Positions 1-7,000 of a stretch of DNA of 14,058 nt are shown here, piece after piece. The DNA is from a bacterium (GTDB lineage Bacteria > Zhuqueibacterota > Zhuqueibacteria > Oceanimicrobiales > Oceanimicrobiaceae), in assembly GCA_046757525.1 (NCBI GenBank), contig JBHHYI010000107.1:1-14058 (forward strand), in the 5' to 3' direction. Position numbers and translations under genes: made by a program. The notes beneath the pieces are model-generated. The model worked only from the letters and a program-made list of their open reading frames with translations. It was not told the DNA's origin and did not search any database. Positions within the stretch are counted from its first letter, which is position 1, and the number at the start of each line of letters is the position of its first letter.

Positions 1-395
1 GGCGTATACTGAAAAAGAGTTCCGCAATCAGCACCGAAGCAGGAAAATAATAGTTGAAAACCACTTTTCTTGAGGGCCTTCTCGTAATTCCGATAAACCT
101 GCAGAGTTGACTTACCCTGAGGCGTCAGGTAAAGGATGCGAGTGACTTTGCCTTCGACGCGCCTACTTTTCTTCAAGATAATCTTATCGTTCTCGTCTCG
201 CGTCTGCGGTCCCAGAGCAATGGTGAATTCATTATAATCCCGCTGGTCATAACCGATGATCTTGGAGCCTAAAAAGCGCCCGATAAGTCGATGGTCTTTG
301 CTTCCTTTTACATCCTCATTCTGGGCAAAGGCAATGTTGGTTGTCAATAGGAACATCCCTAATAGACAGAACATTTTTGCATATTGAACTTTCAT
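1..395 (-). CDS. Secreted DUF4892-domain (often OmpA-fused) protein, 5' part only; runs off the window edge
   Basis: Manual translation (not in the ORF track): MKVQYAKMFCLLGMFLLTTNIAFA-QNEDVKGSKDHRLIGRFLGSKIIGYDQRDYNEFTIALG...VEGKVTRILYLTPQGKSTLQVYRNYEKALKKSGFQLLFSCFGADCG. Sec-type signal peptide ending AFA; strong SD GGAGGAG just upstream of the ATG at 395; GSxDH...EGxVTRIxY...RNY...GF..LFxC...CG pattern recalled for DUF4892 proteins. Confidence 0.8.
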   Translation of the reverse strand, partial: MKVQYAKMFCLLGMFLLTTNIAFAQNEDVKGSKDHRLIGRFLGSKIIGYDQRDYNEFTIALGPQTRDENDKIILKKSRRVEGKVTRILYLTPQGKSTLQVYRNYEKALKKSGFQLLFSCFGADCGTLFQYT

Positions 396-410
396 GTTGT
401 TCTCCTCCGG

Positions 411-527
411 ATGTTGGGTGATAACCATTGGTCTCTTGGCTGAGCGCACTTGTTTTATTAAAGCAGCCGCATTAGCTCGAAATTCGGATAGGGGACGGAT
501 ATCTTGATTAAACACGATTCGTTTCAT
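411..527 (-). pseudogene. 5' remnant (39 codons) of a Phd/YefM-family type II antitoxin, in frame with the downstream DUF4892 gene
   Basis: Translation MKRIVFNQDIRPLSEFRANAAALIKQVRSAKRPMVITQH resembles the Phd/YefM N-terminal DNA-binding domain (IxPLSEFRxN...RPxVITxxG). Similarity stops before the expected GK/R-xAV motif and no toxin gene follows. 527 to 395 is 44 codons with no stop. Confidence 0.8.
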
Positions 528-566
528 GTTTAAAAGTCCCATTTGGTACTCACTTTTGTATCGTTT

Positions 567-595
567 AAAGTAAGAAATGACAGTTCAAATTGCAA
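567..595 (-). promoter_or_regulatory. Putative sigma70 promoter TTGCAA-17-TACTTT upstream of the antitoxin stub
   Basis: -35 at 595-590, 17-nt spacer, -10 at 572-567, about 40 nt upstream of the ATG at 527. Confidence 0.5.
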
Positions 596-643
596 CTAAA
601 GTCTTAATAGTAACACGACCCGATGAAGCGTTTCACCCGCAAA

Positions 644-695
644 GCCCCAAAAGAAGGTGACCTTTTTGGAAGAGGTTACCTTCTGGATTCTCTCC
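644..695. repeat. 52-bp REP-like palindromic repeat, copy 2
   Basis: AGAAGGTGACCTTTT-TGG-AAGAGGTTACCTTCT (652-684, imperfect inverted repeat); 48/52 identical to 1669-1720. Confidence 0.9.
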
Positions 696-812
696 TTCGA
701 CGATCTTGATTCCATTTTCGCTCAGGCCATAGAGCTGGTAGACCATCTGGTCAATCTTCCCTTCTGGCGCCTGGACTTTTGCTTGTTTTTGCGGGTTTTG
801 CAGAGGGTCCTT
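693..812 (-). pseudogene. 3'-terminal remnant of a type IIG (Eco57I/TaqI-C-like) restriction-modification enzyme, copy B
   Basis: Within ORF 633..842: KDPLQNPQKQAKVQAPEGKIDQMVYQLYGLSENGIKIVEG resembles the typical type IIG terminal motif LExEIDxxVYxLYGLTxEEIxIVE; no upstream MTase domain is present. Confidence 0.8.
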
Positions 813-846
813 AGCAAAGCGACGCAGTAATCTCAGGCGCATTGAG

Positions 847-872
847 CTTTATTTTCGCCCAATAAAATAAAG
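847..872. terminator. AT-rich hairpin just downstream of the small gene pair; possible terminator
   Basis: CTTTATTTT (847-855) / AAAATAAAG (864-872), 9-bp stem with 8-nt loop; weak stem and no clear U-tract. Confidence 0.25.
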
Positions 873-879
873 GGATTCA

Positions 880-1134
880 CTATTTGTTGGTTGACTGCGT
901 TGCCAGGAAATGACGTTCTAGAGGAGTGGCTTCTACAATTTCAAAAAACTCTGCGGGATAAAGATAATCCTCCCCTTCGTCATCAACAATTCGGTAATCC
1001 ACACCATCGATTTCCAAAACTTCATAGATTCTGCCAATGGTTAAACTGCCAGCCAGCCCATCGCTTACTTCAACCCATTCTTTTGAGCCTTCGGGTTGAG
1101 CAATGCCTTTGTTACAAATGCATTTTACTTTCAT
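880..1134 (-). CDS. Small acidic protein (84 aa), putative immunity/antitoxin partner of the upstream gene
   Basis: ATG at 1134 lies 1 nt after the upstream stop and is preceded by GGAG. MKVKCICNKG...SLTIGRIYEVLEIDGVDYRIVDDEGEDYLYPAEFFEIVE carries the LTxGKxYEV...YRIxDDxGEDYLYPxxxF motif of a widespread uncharacterised family. Confidence 0.8.
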   Translation of the reverse strand: MKVKCICNKGIAQPEGSKEWVEVSDGLAGSLTIGRIYEVLEIDGVDYRIVDDEGEDYLYPAEFFEIVEATPLERHFLATQSTNK

Positions 1135-1135
1135 A

Positions 1136-1372
1136 CTACTCCAACCATCGTTTTCTTTTGATTTCGACTTTGCCAACCCCGTGGGCTTCAAACCAATGAA
1201 TTTCTGCTCGACGGGGCAGTCCAGAAGATGGGTCTTTAATCAAAGCAATGCCCTTTTTCTTTTTCCAATTTTTCCCACCATATCTTTTGGTCAAATACTT
1301 CAATATGCGGATTCTTTTTCCATCAGCTATCGTTTCAACCTCGTTTATTGGCGATAATATTTCTGGATTCAT
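1136..1372 (-). CDS. Small basic protein (78 aa) with a W-x-K-x-K-G...AE-I-HW(F/Y)E motif; putative toxin
   Basis: ORF track 78 aa: IADGKRIRILKYLTKRYGGKNWKKKKG...RRAEIHWFEAHGVGKVEIKRKRWLE; recalled as a conserved hypothetical family usually paired with the GEDYLYP family. Confidence 0.8.
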   Translation of the reverse strand: MNPEILSPINEVETIADGKRIRILKYLTKRYGGKNWKKKKGIALIKDPSSGLPRRAEIHWFEAHGVGKVEIKRKRWLE

Positions 1373-1378
1373 CTGATA

Positions 1379-1407
1379 AAATTACGACATCCAGCTTATT
1401 TTGTCAA
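1379..1407 (-). promoter_or_regulatory. sigma70 promoter TTGACA-17-TAATTT, positioned for a leaderless transcript
   Basis: Perfect -35 TTGACA (1407-1402), 17-nt spacer, -10 TAATTT (1384-1379), then 6 nt (TATCAG) and the ATG at 1372; no SD sequence. Confidence 0.7.
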
Positions 1408-1487
1408 GCCTTGAACGAATAGACTTCACGGGTTGGAAGGGGATAGGCAGGTCAAGGATAGATTCGAAGTCGAGAAATAAAGCACAC

Positions 1488-1520
1488 AACCTTCCGAAGG
1501 TTCCGAACCTTCGGAAGGGT
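1488..1520. repeat. REP-like nested palindrome AACCTTCCGAAGGTT-CCG-AACCTTCGGAAGGGT
   Basis: Perfect 13-bp inverted repeat (1490-1502 / 1506-1518); each arm is itself palindromic. Confidence 0.85.
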
Positions 1521-1533
1521 AGCTCCCCGCGAA

Positions 1534-1667
1534 TCATTTCTGTCCCTCCACAATCCGTATCTCTTCCTCGCTCAGGCCGTAGAGTTGGTAGCCATCTGGT
1601 CGATCTCTCGTTCCAGCGCCTGGACTTTTGCCTGTTTTTGTGGGTTTTGCGGGTAATCGTCGTCTTT
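1534..1667 (-). pseudogene. Frameshifted 3'-terminal remnant of a type IIG restriction-modification enzyme, copy A
   Basis: Reads KDDDYPQNPQKQAKVQALEREIDQM, then lacks 1 nt at 1591/1592 relative to copy B (ATGG-CTAC vs ATGGTCTAC), then YQLYGLSEEEIRIVEGQK*. About 80% nt identity to 693-801 by manual alignment. Confidence 0.85.
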
Positions 1668-1668
1668 G

Positions 1669-1720
1669 GCCCCAAAAGAAGGTGACCTTTTGCGAAAAGG
1701 TCACCTTCTGGATTCTCTCC
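1669..1720. repeat. 52-bp REP-like palindromic repeat, copy 1
   Basis: Perfect 15-bp inverted repeat AGAAGGTGACCTTTT-GCG-AAAAGGTCACCTTCT (1677-1709); direct repeat of 644-695. Confidence 0.9.
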
Positions 1721-1846
1721 GTGAAAGCCGCAAAAGTATCCAACGAGGCAGTCGAATAATCTGGTGTCTTTTATGAGCGCTTGAAAACGCGCCTTCAGGT
1801 TCTTCTGTTCTTCGTTGGTGATGAAAGTTAAATCTGTGTGGGCCAT
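1721..1846 (-). pseudogene. 5' stub of a PLD-domain/SNF2-type helicase gene of the kind found next to type IIG R-M genes
   Basis: SD-like GGAGAG plus ATG at 1846. MAHTDLTFITNEEQKNLKARFQALIKDTRLFDCLVGYFCGFH resembles the recalled N-terminus DLTFxTNE...LxxRF...FDxLVGYFxxSGF; similarity ends at the palindromic repeat after about 42 codons. Confidence 0.65.
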
Positions 1847-1888
1847 GTGTTCTCTCTCCATAGTGGCAGAATCTTCACACAGCCAACA

Positions 1889-2830
1889 TCATATTAACCC
1901 TTCCATCTGCTTCAACCCGGCATTCCTGCCAGTCAAAACCAGGGCTGTCCTGCCGGTAGGGCGAATTCTGTTTTCCAGCAGCGCGGCCACTCCCACAGCC
2001 GCGGAGCCTTCGAGCCATATATGTTCGTTTGCCAAAATCAACCGCAAGGCCTCTTTGATGGCCTGCTCTGAAACCAGGACGATGTCGTCAACGAAGTCGT
2101 TGGCCAATTTGAGCGTGAGCTCGGTAACAAAGCGTCCGGCCAGGCCGTCAGCGACGGTTTCCGCGATGGGCGTTTCGACGACCTTGCCTGCTTTGACGGC
2201 GTTGTACATGGCCGGAGAGGCTTCGGATTGCACGCCGATGATTTTGATTTTCGGATTGATCGATTTTGCTGCGATCGCCACGCCGGCAACGAGACCGCCA
2301 CCGCCGATGGGCACAACGATGCTTCGCACCTCGGGCTGCTCCGCCACGATCTCCAATCCCACCGTGCCCTGAGCAGCGATGATGTCAGGGTCGCTAAAAG
2401 CATGCACAAAAGTAAGGCCTTCCTTCCGCTGTAACTCATAGGCGATTTGTTCCGCCTGGTCGTAGTCCTGGCCTTCTTGTACTAATTCTAAATCGTAATT
2501 TTGTAGCGCCTGCACCTTGGCCGGTGAGGCGTCTTGCGGTAGCACGATTTTGCCGTGGATGCCCAGAATCCCGGCGGCGTGCGCCACCCCAAGGGCGTGG
2601 TTGCCGGCCGAGGCCGTGATGATGCCCTTGTGTTTTTCCTTCTCGGAAAGCGAGAGCAGCTTGTTGAAGGCTCCACGAATCTTAAACGAACCGGTTATTT
2701 GCCAGTTTTCCAGTTTTAGGTAGATTGGAGAATTGGTTTCCCTGGAAAGCGCGTGGGAGAGTTCCAGAGGGGTTGCGCGGATGTGTGCCTGGATGCGCCT
2801 TTTTGCCGCGAAAATACTCTGGAGGTTCAT
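1889..2830 (-). CDS. PLP-dependent serine/threonine dehydratase family protein, catalytic domain only (313 aa)
   Basis: Motifs TPL, LKLENWQITGSFKIRGA (PLP lysine), SAGNHA, PIGGGGL, VADGL, EGSAA, TGRN; no ACT domain. Start ATG at 2830 overlaps the upstream stop (ATGA). Confidence 0.92.
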   Translation of the reverse strand: MNLQSIFAAKRRIQAHIRATPLELSHALSRETNSPIYLKLENWQITGSFKIRGAFNKLLSLSEKEKHKGIITASAGNHALGVAHAAGILGIHGKIVLPQDASPAKVQALQNYDLELVQEGQDYDQAEQIAYELQRKEGLTFVHAFSDPDIIAAQGTVGLEIVAEQPEVRSIVVPIGGGGLVAGVAIAAKSINPKIKIIGVQSEASPAMYNAVKAGKVVETPIAETVADGLAGRFVTELTLKLANDFVDDIVLVSEQAIKEALRLILANEHIWLEGSAAVGVAALLENRIRPTGRTALVLTGRNAGLKQMEGLI

Positions 2831-3993
2831 GAAGCCCGCAACGCATTGACTACTTTCATGCGCGAGGCCCGCACGGCCGGCGCAAAGCCGCCGACGATGC
2901 CCATGATTACCGAAAAAATCAGAGAGGCGAAAACAATGCCAGGAGACAGACTGAATCCGAACACCACTTCTGAAAACGTATCCCAGTTGGTGGTTGAGAC
3001 GTCGACGAACTGCATGAAGGAGGCGATGCCGACGCCCAGGATGCCGCCTACCAGCGAGATCACCATGCACTCGGCCAGGAACGAGACCAGGATGTTTCTG
3101 CGGCGAAACCCCAGGGCGCGCAGGGTGCCGATTTCTTTGGAGCGGTTGGCTACTGCAGAGTACATGGTGATGACAGCGCCGGTCACAGCACCAAAGCTGA
3201 AGATGATGGTAATGGTCAGTCCCAGTATTTCGATGAAGCGTCCGAGAAAACGAGATTGAGCCTCGTAGTATTCGCGTTCCCTCTTGACCTCTACCGTGAG
3301 GCGGGCGTCGCTTTCAATGCGCTTCTTAAAGGCCTCGAATTCTGCCGGCTTCTTCATTCGCAGGGTTAGAGAAGAGAACGCCGGACGTCGGAATGCGTCC
3401 ATGAACTGCTCCACGTCGCCCCAGAGCTCGGACTCGAAGCTGGAGTCGCCGGCTTCGAAAACGCCGACCACCTGCCAGTCCCGGTTGCCCATGTTCACAG
3501 ATTCGCCCAGGCCGCACCCCTTGAATTTTTCAGCCACGCCTTTGCCAGCGATGATCTCCGAAGTGCCCGGTTGCCACAGGCGCCCGGCAATGAGATGCAC
3601 CCTGGAACGCAGGAGAAGGGATTCCGGGGACACGCCTCTTACCACCACATTGGAAGGCTTGTCGTTGGCGCGTTTGCGCAAATTGTTCACCACTACCAGT
3701 TCACCAGCGGCCAGCGGCTTGCCTTCGGCCGTGAGCGCGACGACGGACTGCGTCTTGAGAATATTTGCCTGGTCGCGGGAAATGCCGCTGCTGAGTTCGG
3801 CGTTGGAGCCTTTGCGCAGGAATATGATGTTATCGGGATCGCCCGTGCTGACCATGGTCTTGCGGAAGCCATCGGCCAACATGAGCACGCAAGCGAAAAC
3901 GAAGACCACCAACGCGATGCCCAATACGGTCATGGAGGTCGTCAGTTTGCGCGCTAAGAGATTGCGAACATTGTAGATGATTGGGATTTTCAT
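2827..3993 (-). CDS. ABC transporter permease, MacB/FtsX family (388 aa from MKIPIIY)
   Basis: RNLLARKLTTSMTVLGIAL N-terminal TM, periplasmic domain with GR...VVGVF, and FtsX motif VANRSKEIGTLRALGF...PAVRASRM. Start uncertain (ATG 3993, no clear SD). Confidence 0.92.
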   Translation of the reverse strand: MKIPIIYNVRNLLARKLTTSMTVLGIALVVFVFACVLMLADGFRKTMVSTGDPDNIIFLRKGSNAELSSGISRDQANILKTQSVVALTAEGKPLAAGELVVVNNLRKRANDKPSNVVVRGVSPESLLLRSRVHLIAGRLWQPGTSEIIAGKGVAEKFKGCGLGESVNMGNRDWQVVGVFEAGDSSFESELWGDVEQFMDAFRRPAFSSLTLRMKKPAEFEAFKKRIESDARLTVEVKREREYYEAQSRFLGRFIEILGLTITIIFSFGAVTGAVITMYSAVANRSKEIGTLRALGFRRRNILVSFLAECMVISLVGGILGVGIASFMQFVDVSTTNWDTFSEVVFGFSLSPGIVFASLIFSVIMGIVGGFAPAVRASRMKVVNALRAS

Positions 3994-4033
3994 GGGTTTT
4001 AATTTGCCAATTAGTTCTGAAATAATCAAGCAA

Positions 4034-7000
4034 TTATTTACACGGCAAGAACCGCACGGTGGTCTCCATCTCCTCCAGCACGTGCTCGAGAGCAGACAGA
4101 GTCAGGGCGATATCTGCTTCGGTGGTCGCGTGTGACAGGGAAAATCGCACGGCGCAGTGGGCTGCCTGCTCGCTCTTGCCCATGGCCATGAGCACGTGGG
4201 TGGGCTCCGGCGAACCTGATTTGCACGCCGAGCCAGATGATAGAGAGATGCCGTGCTGGTCCAGCGCCACCACGAGAGATTCCCCCCGCAGTTCTGGCAG
4301 CGTCAAGTTGAGCGTGTTGGGCAGACGGCTTTGGGGGTGGCCGTTGAGTTTTGCTCCGGGCACCAACTGCTTGATGCCGTGCTCCAGCTTATCCCGCAAG
4401 ACTTGCATCTGGGCGGAGTTGCGCAGGTCTTGCAGCGCCAATTCCGCTGCCTTGCCCAGTCCCACGATGGCCGGCACGTTTTCGGTCCCGGCCCGCAGCC
4501 CGCCCTCCTGCTTGCCGCCGTGGATGAGCGGCTCCAGCTCGATGCCTTTGCGCACATACAGCGCCCCAATGCCTTTGGGCGCATGAAACTTATGACCCGA
4601 GAGGCTGAGCAGGTCCACGTCCAGTTCCTGGGCGTCCACCCTGATCTTGCCGGCTGCCTGGACCGCGTCGGTGTGGAAGAGCACCCCGCGTTCATGCGCG
4701 ATGGCGCACATCTCCCGGATCGGCAGAATGGTGCCGACTTCGTTGTTGGCCATCATCACGGAGACCAGGATGGTATCTTGCCGAATAGCCTCCCGCAATT
4801 CCTCCGGCGCCAGCCAACCCTGGCCGTCCACGGCCAGGTAGGTGATGTCGTAGCCGAGGCCTGCCAGAAATTTGCAGGTGCTCAGGATGGCCGGGTGTTC
4901 GATGCTGGTGGTGACGATGTGTTGGCCCTGCTCGCGCCGGGCGAAGGCCACCCCCTTGAGGGCCAGGTTGTCCGATTCTGAGCCGCCGCCGGTGAAGATG
5001 ATGCGCCGCGGCCGTGCGTTGATCAATTTGGCTACCTGGCGCCGCGCATTTTCCACCGCTTCGCGGGCGTCGCGGCCGACCCCGTGGATGCTGGAAGGGT
5101 TGCCGTGCACGGTGTCCAAATAGGGCAGCATGGCCTCCCGCACCGCTCCGGCTACCCGGGTGGTGGCGTTGTTGTCGAGATAAATCCGTTTGCCTGACTT
5201 CTTTTTGGTGTTTTGCGGCAACAGCAGTTGCGGTGCGCAGCCCGTCACCTGCTGGCTGACTTTGCGCCGGTTGTCCGGGCTGCCTGCTTCGACTCTTACC
5301 ACTTCGCACAGCAGTGCCTTGTAGACCGGAAAGCCGGAAATTTCGTCGTAATTGGTGAGGTCCGTGAGTTCGTTCACGTTCCAGGTGCGCCAGGCTTTGG
5401 GGCCGACTGGCGTGCCGCCGCCCATGTTGCACTCCACCGCGCCTTTAACGATGTCGCCCGAAACGCGCGCTCGAAAAGGCACCGCGCCTCTGGGCGTCCT
5501 GACTTCCACCAGATCGCCGCTGCGGATGCCGCGCGCTGCGGCATCTTCCGAGTTGAGCTCCACCGTGGGCTCCGGATTGTCTTTGACCAGACCCTTAATG
5601 CCGTGGTGCTGCGAACGGAAGTCGGTGTGCGGACGGGCGCCGGAGTTGAAGACCAGCGGGAACTGACGGGCCACCTCCGGGCTGCCCTGGGGTCCCTCTT
5701 TGGGTTCGGTGTATTTGGGCAACGGCTCATAGCCATAATCTTCCAGCACCGTGGACCAGATTTCAAACTTGCCCGTGGGCGTGTCAAATCCGGGCTGGCC
5801 GTCCTGGCGCAGGCTGCCTTTTTGCCATTTCTTGTATTCCATCATCGGCGTGGGAATTTTCACCCAGCCGCCGGCGGCCTTTACCTCTTCGAGCGAGTAA
5901 CCCGAGTCTTTCAAGGCAAAACGGATCATCTCTTCTTCGCTGCCGGGATAGAGGTGGCCGTAGCCCAGACGGCCGGCGAGTTCCGCCATGATGAGATAAT
6001 CGTTGCGCGCTTCGCCCACCGGCTCGATGATTTTCTCCCGCAGTCGGAAAATCGGTCCGTAGACCATGTAGGAGTCGATCTCGAACATGGTGGTGGCAGG
6101 CAGGACGATATCGGCGTAGGCGGCGTCCGCTGTTAGTTGACGATCGATGCAGACCTGAAAGTCCAGCTTGGCCAGCGTCTCGCGCCAGATGGGAGTCTGC
6201 GGCCAGGAGGTGAGCAGCGAGGCGCCATGAATGATGAGGCCGCGGATGCGGTACGGTTCGCCTTTGAGCACGGCATCCACCAGTCCGCTGGCGTGCGATT
6301 CGCCACGGTAGTTGCTGTAAATCGGGAATTTTTCCCGCGCCACCGCCAGATCCAGGTTGGGATTCTCCTGATTACAGGTGCGGTTGATGGGGAAGTGGCT
6401 ACCGAGCATGGCCAGACCAATGCCGCCAGGCACGTCCAATTGTCCGGCCAGGGCAAACAGCGTTTGGACCGCGCGCATGGCCTGGATGCCGCTGTTGGAG
6501 TACTCCAGACCGGTGTACATTACCGGACAGGCGCCGGTGGCGTGACAGATGCGTCGGGCCAGATTCCGAATGGTGTCACGAGGCACGCCAGTAATCGATT
6601 CGGCTACTTCCGGTCGAAAGTGCTGGACGTAGGTGGCCAGCTCTTTGAAACCATGACACCAGTTTTCGGCAAAGTCCTCGTCGTAGAGCTCTTCGTCGAT
6701 CATCACTTCGATCAGGCTCAAAGCCAGGGCGCCATCGGTGCCGGGACGAATGGGCACCCACTCGGCTGCGGTGCGCACCGCCGTCTCGGTGCGTCGTGGG
6801 TCGATGACCACGATGTCCGCTCCGCGCCGGGCCGCCGCTTCCAGGCGGTGCATGTCCAGCGGCGGCGAATCCGTAGCCGGATTGGCGCCCCACACCACCA
6901 GCATTTCGGCATTCTCCATGTCCGTGAACATGTTGACCAGCATGCGGCCCATGGTCACATGAGGCGCGATCATGGCGAAGGAGACGTAACAGAGAGCGCC

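Noticed and set aside
633..842. 69-aa ORF as a functional small protein
   Set aside because: No SD; consists of an R-M terminal fragment reading into the palindrome. Treated as a remnant, though expression cannot be excluded.
891..1685. Plus-strand ORFs 891..1199, 1103..1357 and 1401..1685
   Set aside because: Antisense to better-supported minus-strand genes or remnants; no motifs or translation signals.
644..1720. CRISPR array from the palindromic repeats
   Set aside because: Only two copies about 1 kb apart, no regular spacers and no cas genes.
1382..1861. 159-aa ORF as a real protein
   Set aside because: Chimera of a helicase stub, a palindrome, an off-frame R-M tail, a second palindrome and a promoter.
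2831..3070. 80-residue N-terminal extension of the dehydratase in the ORF track
   Set aside because: Overlaps the permease in another frame; family similarity starts at MNLQSIF, which has an ATGA coupling.
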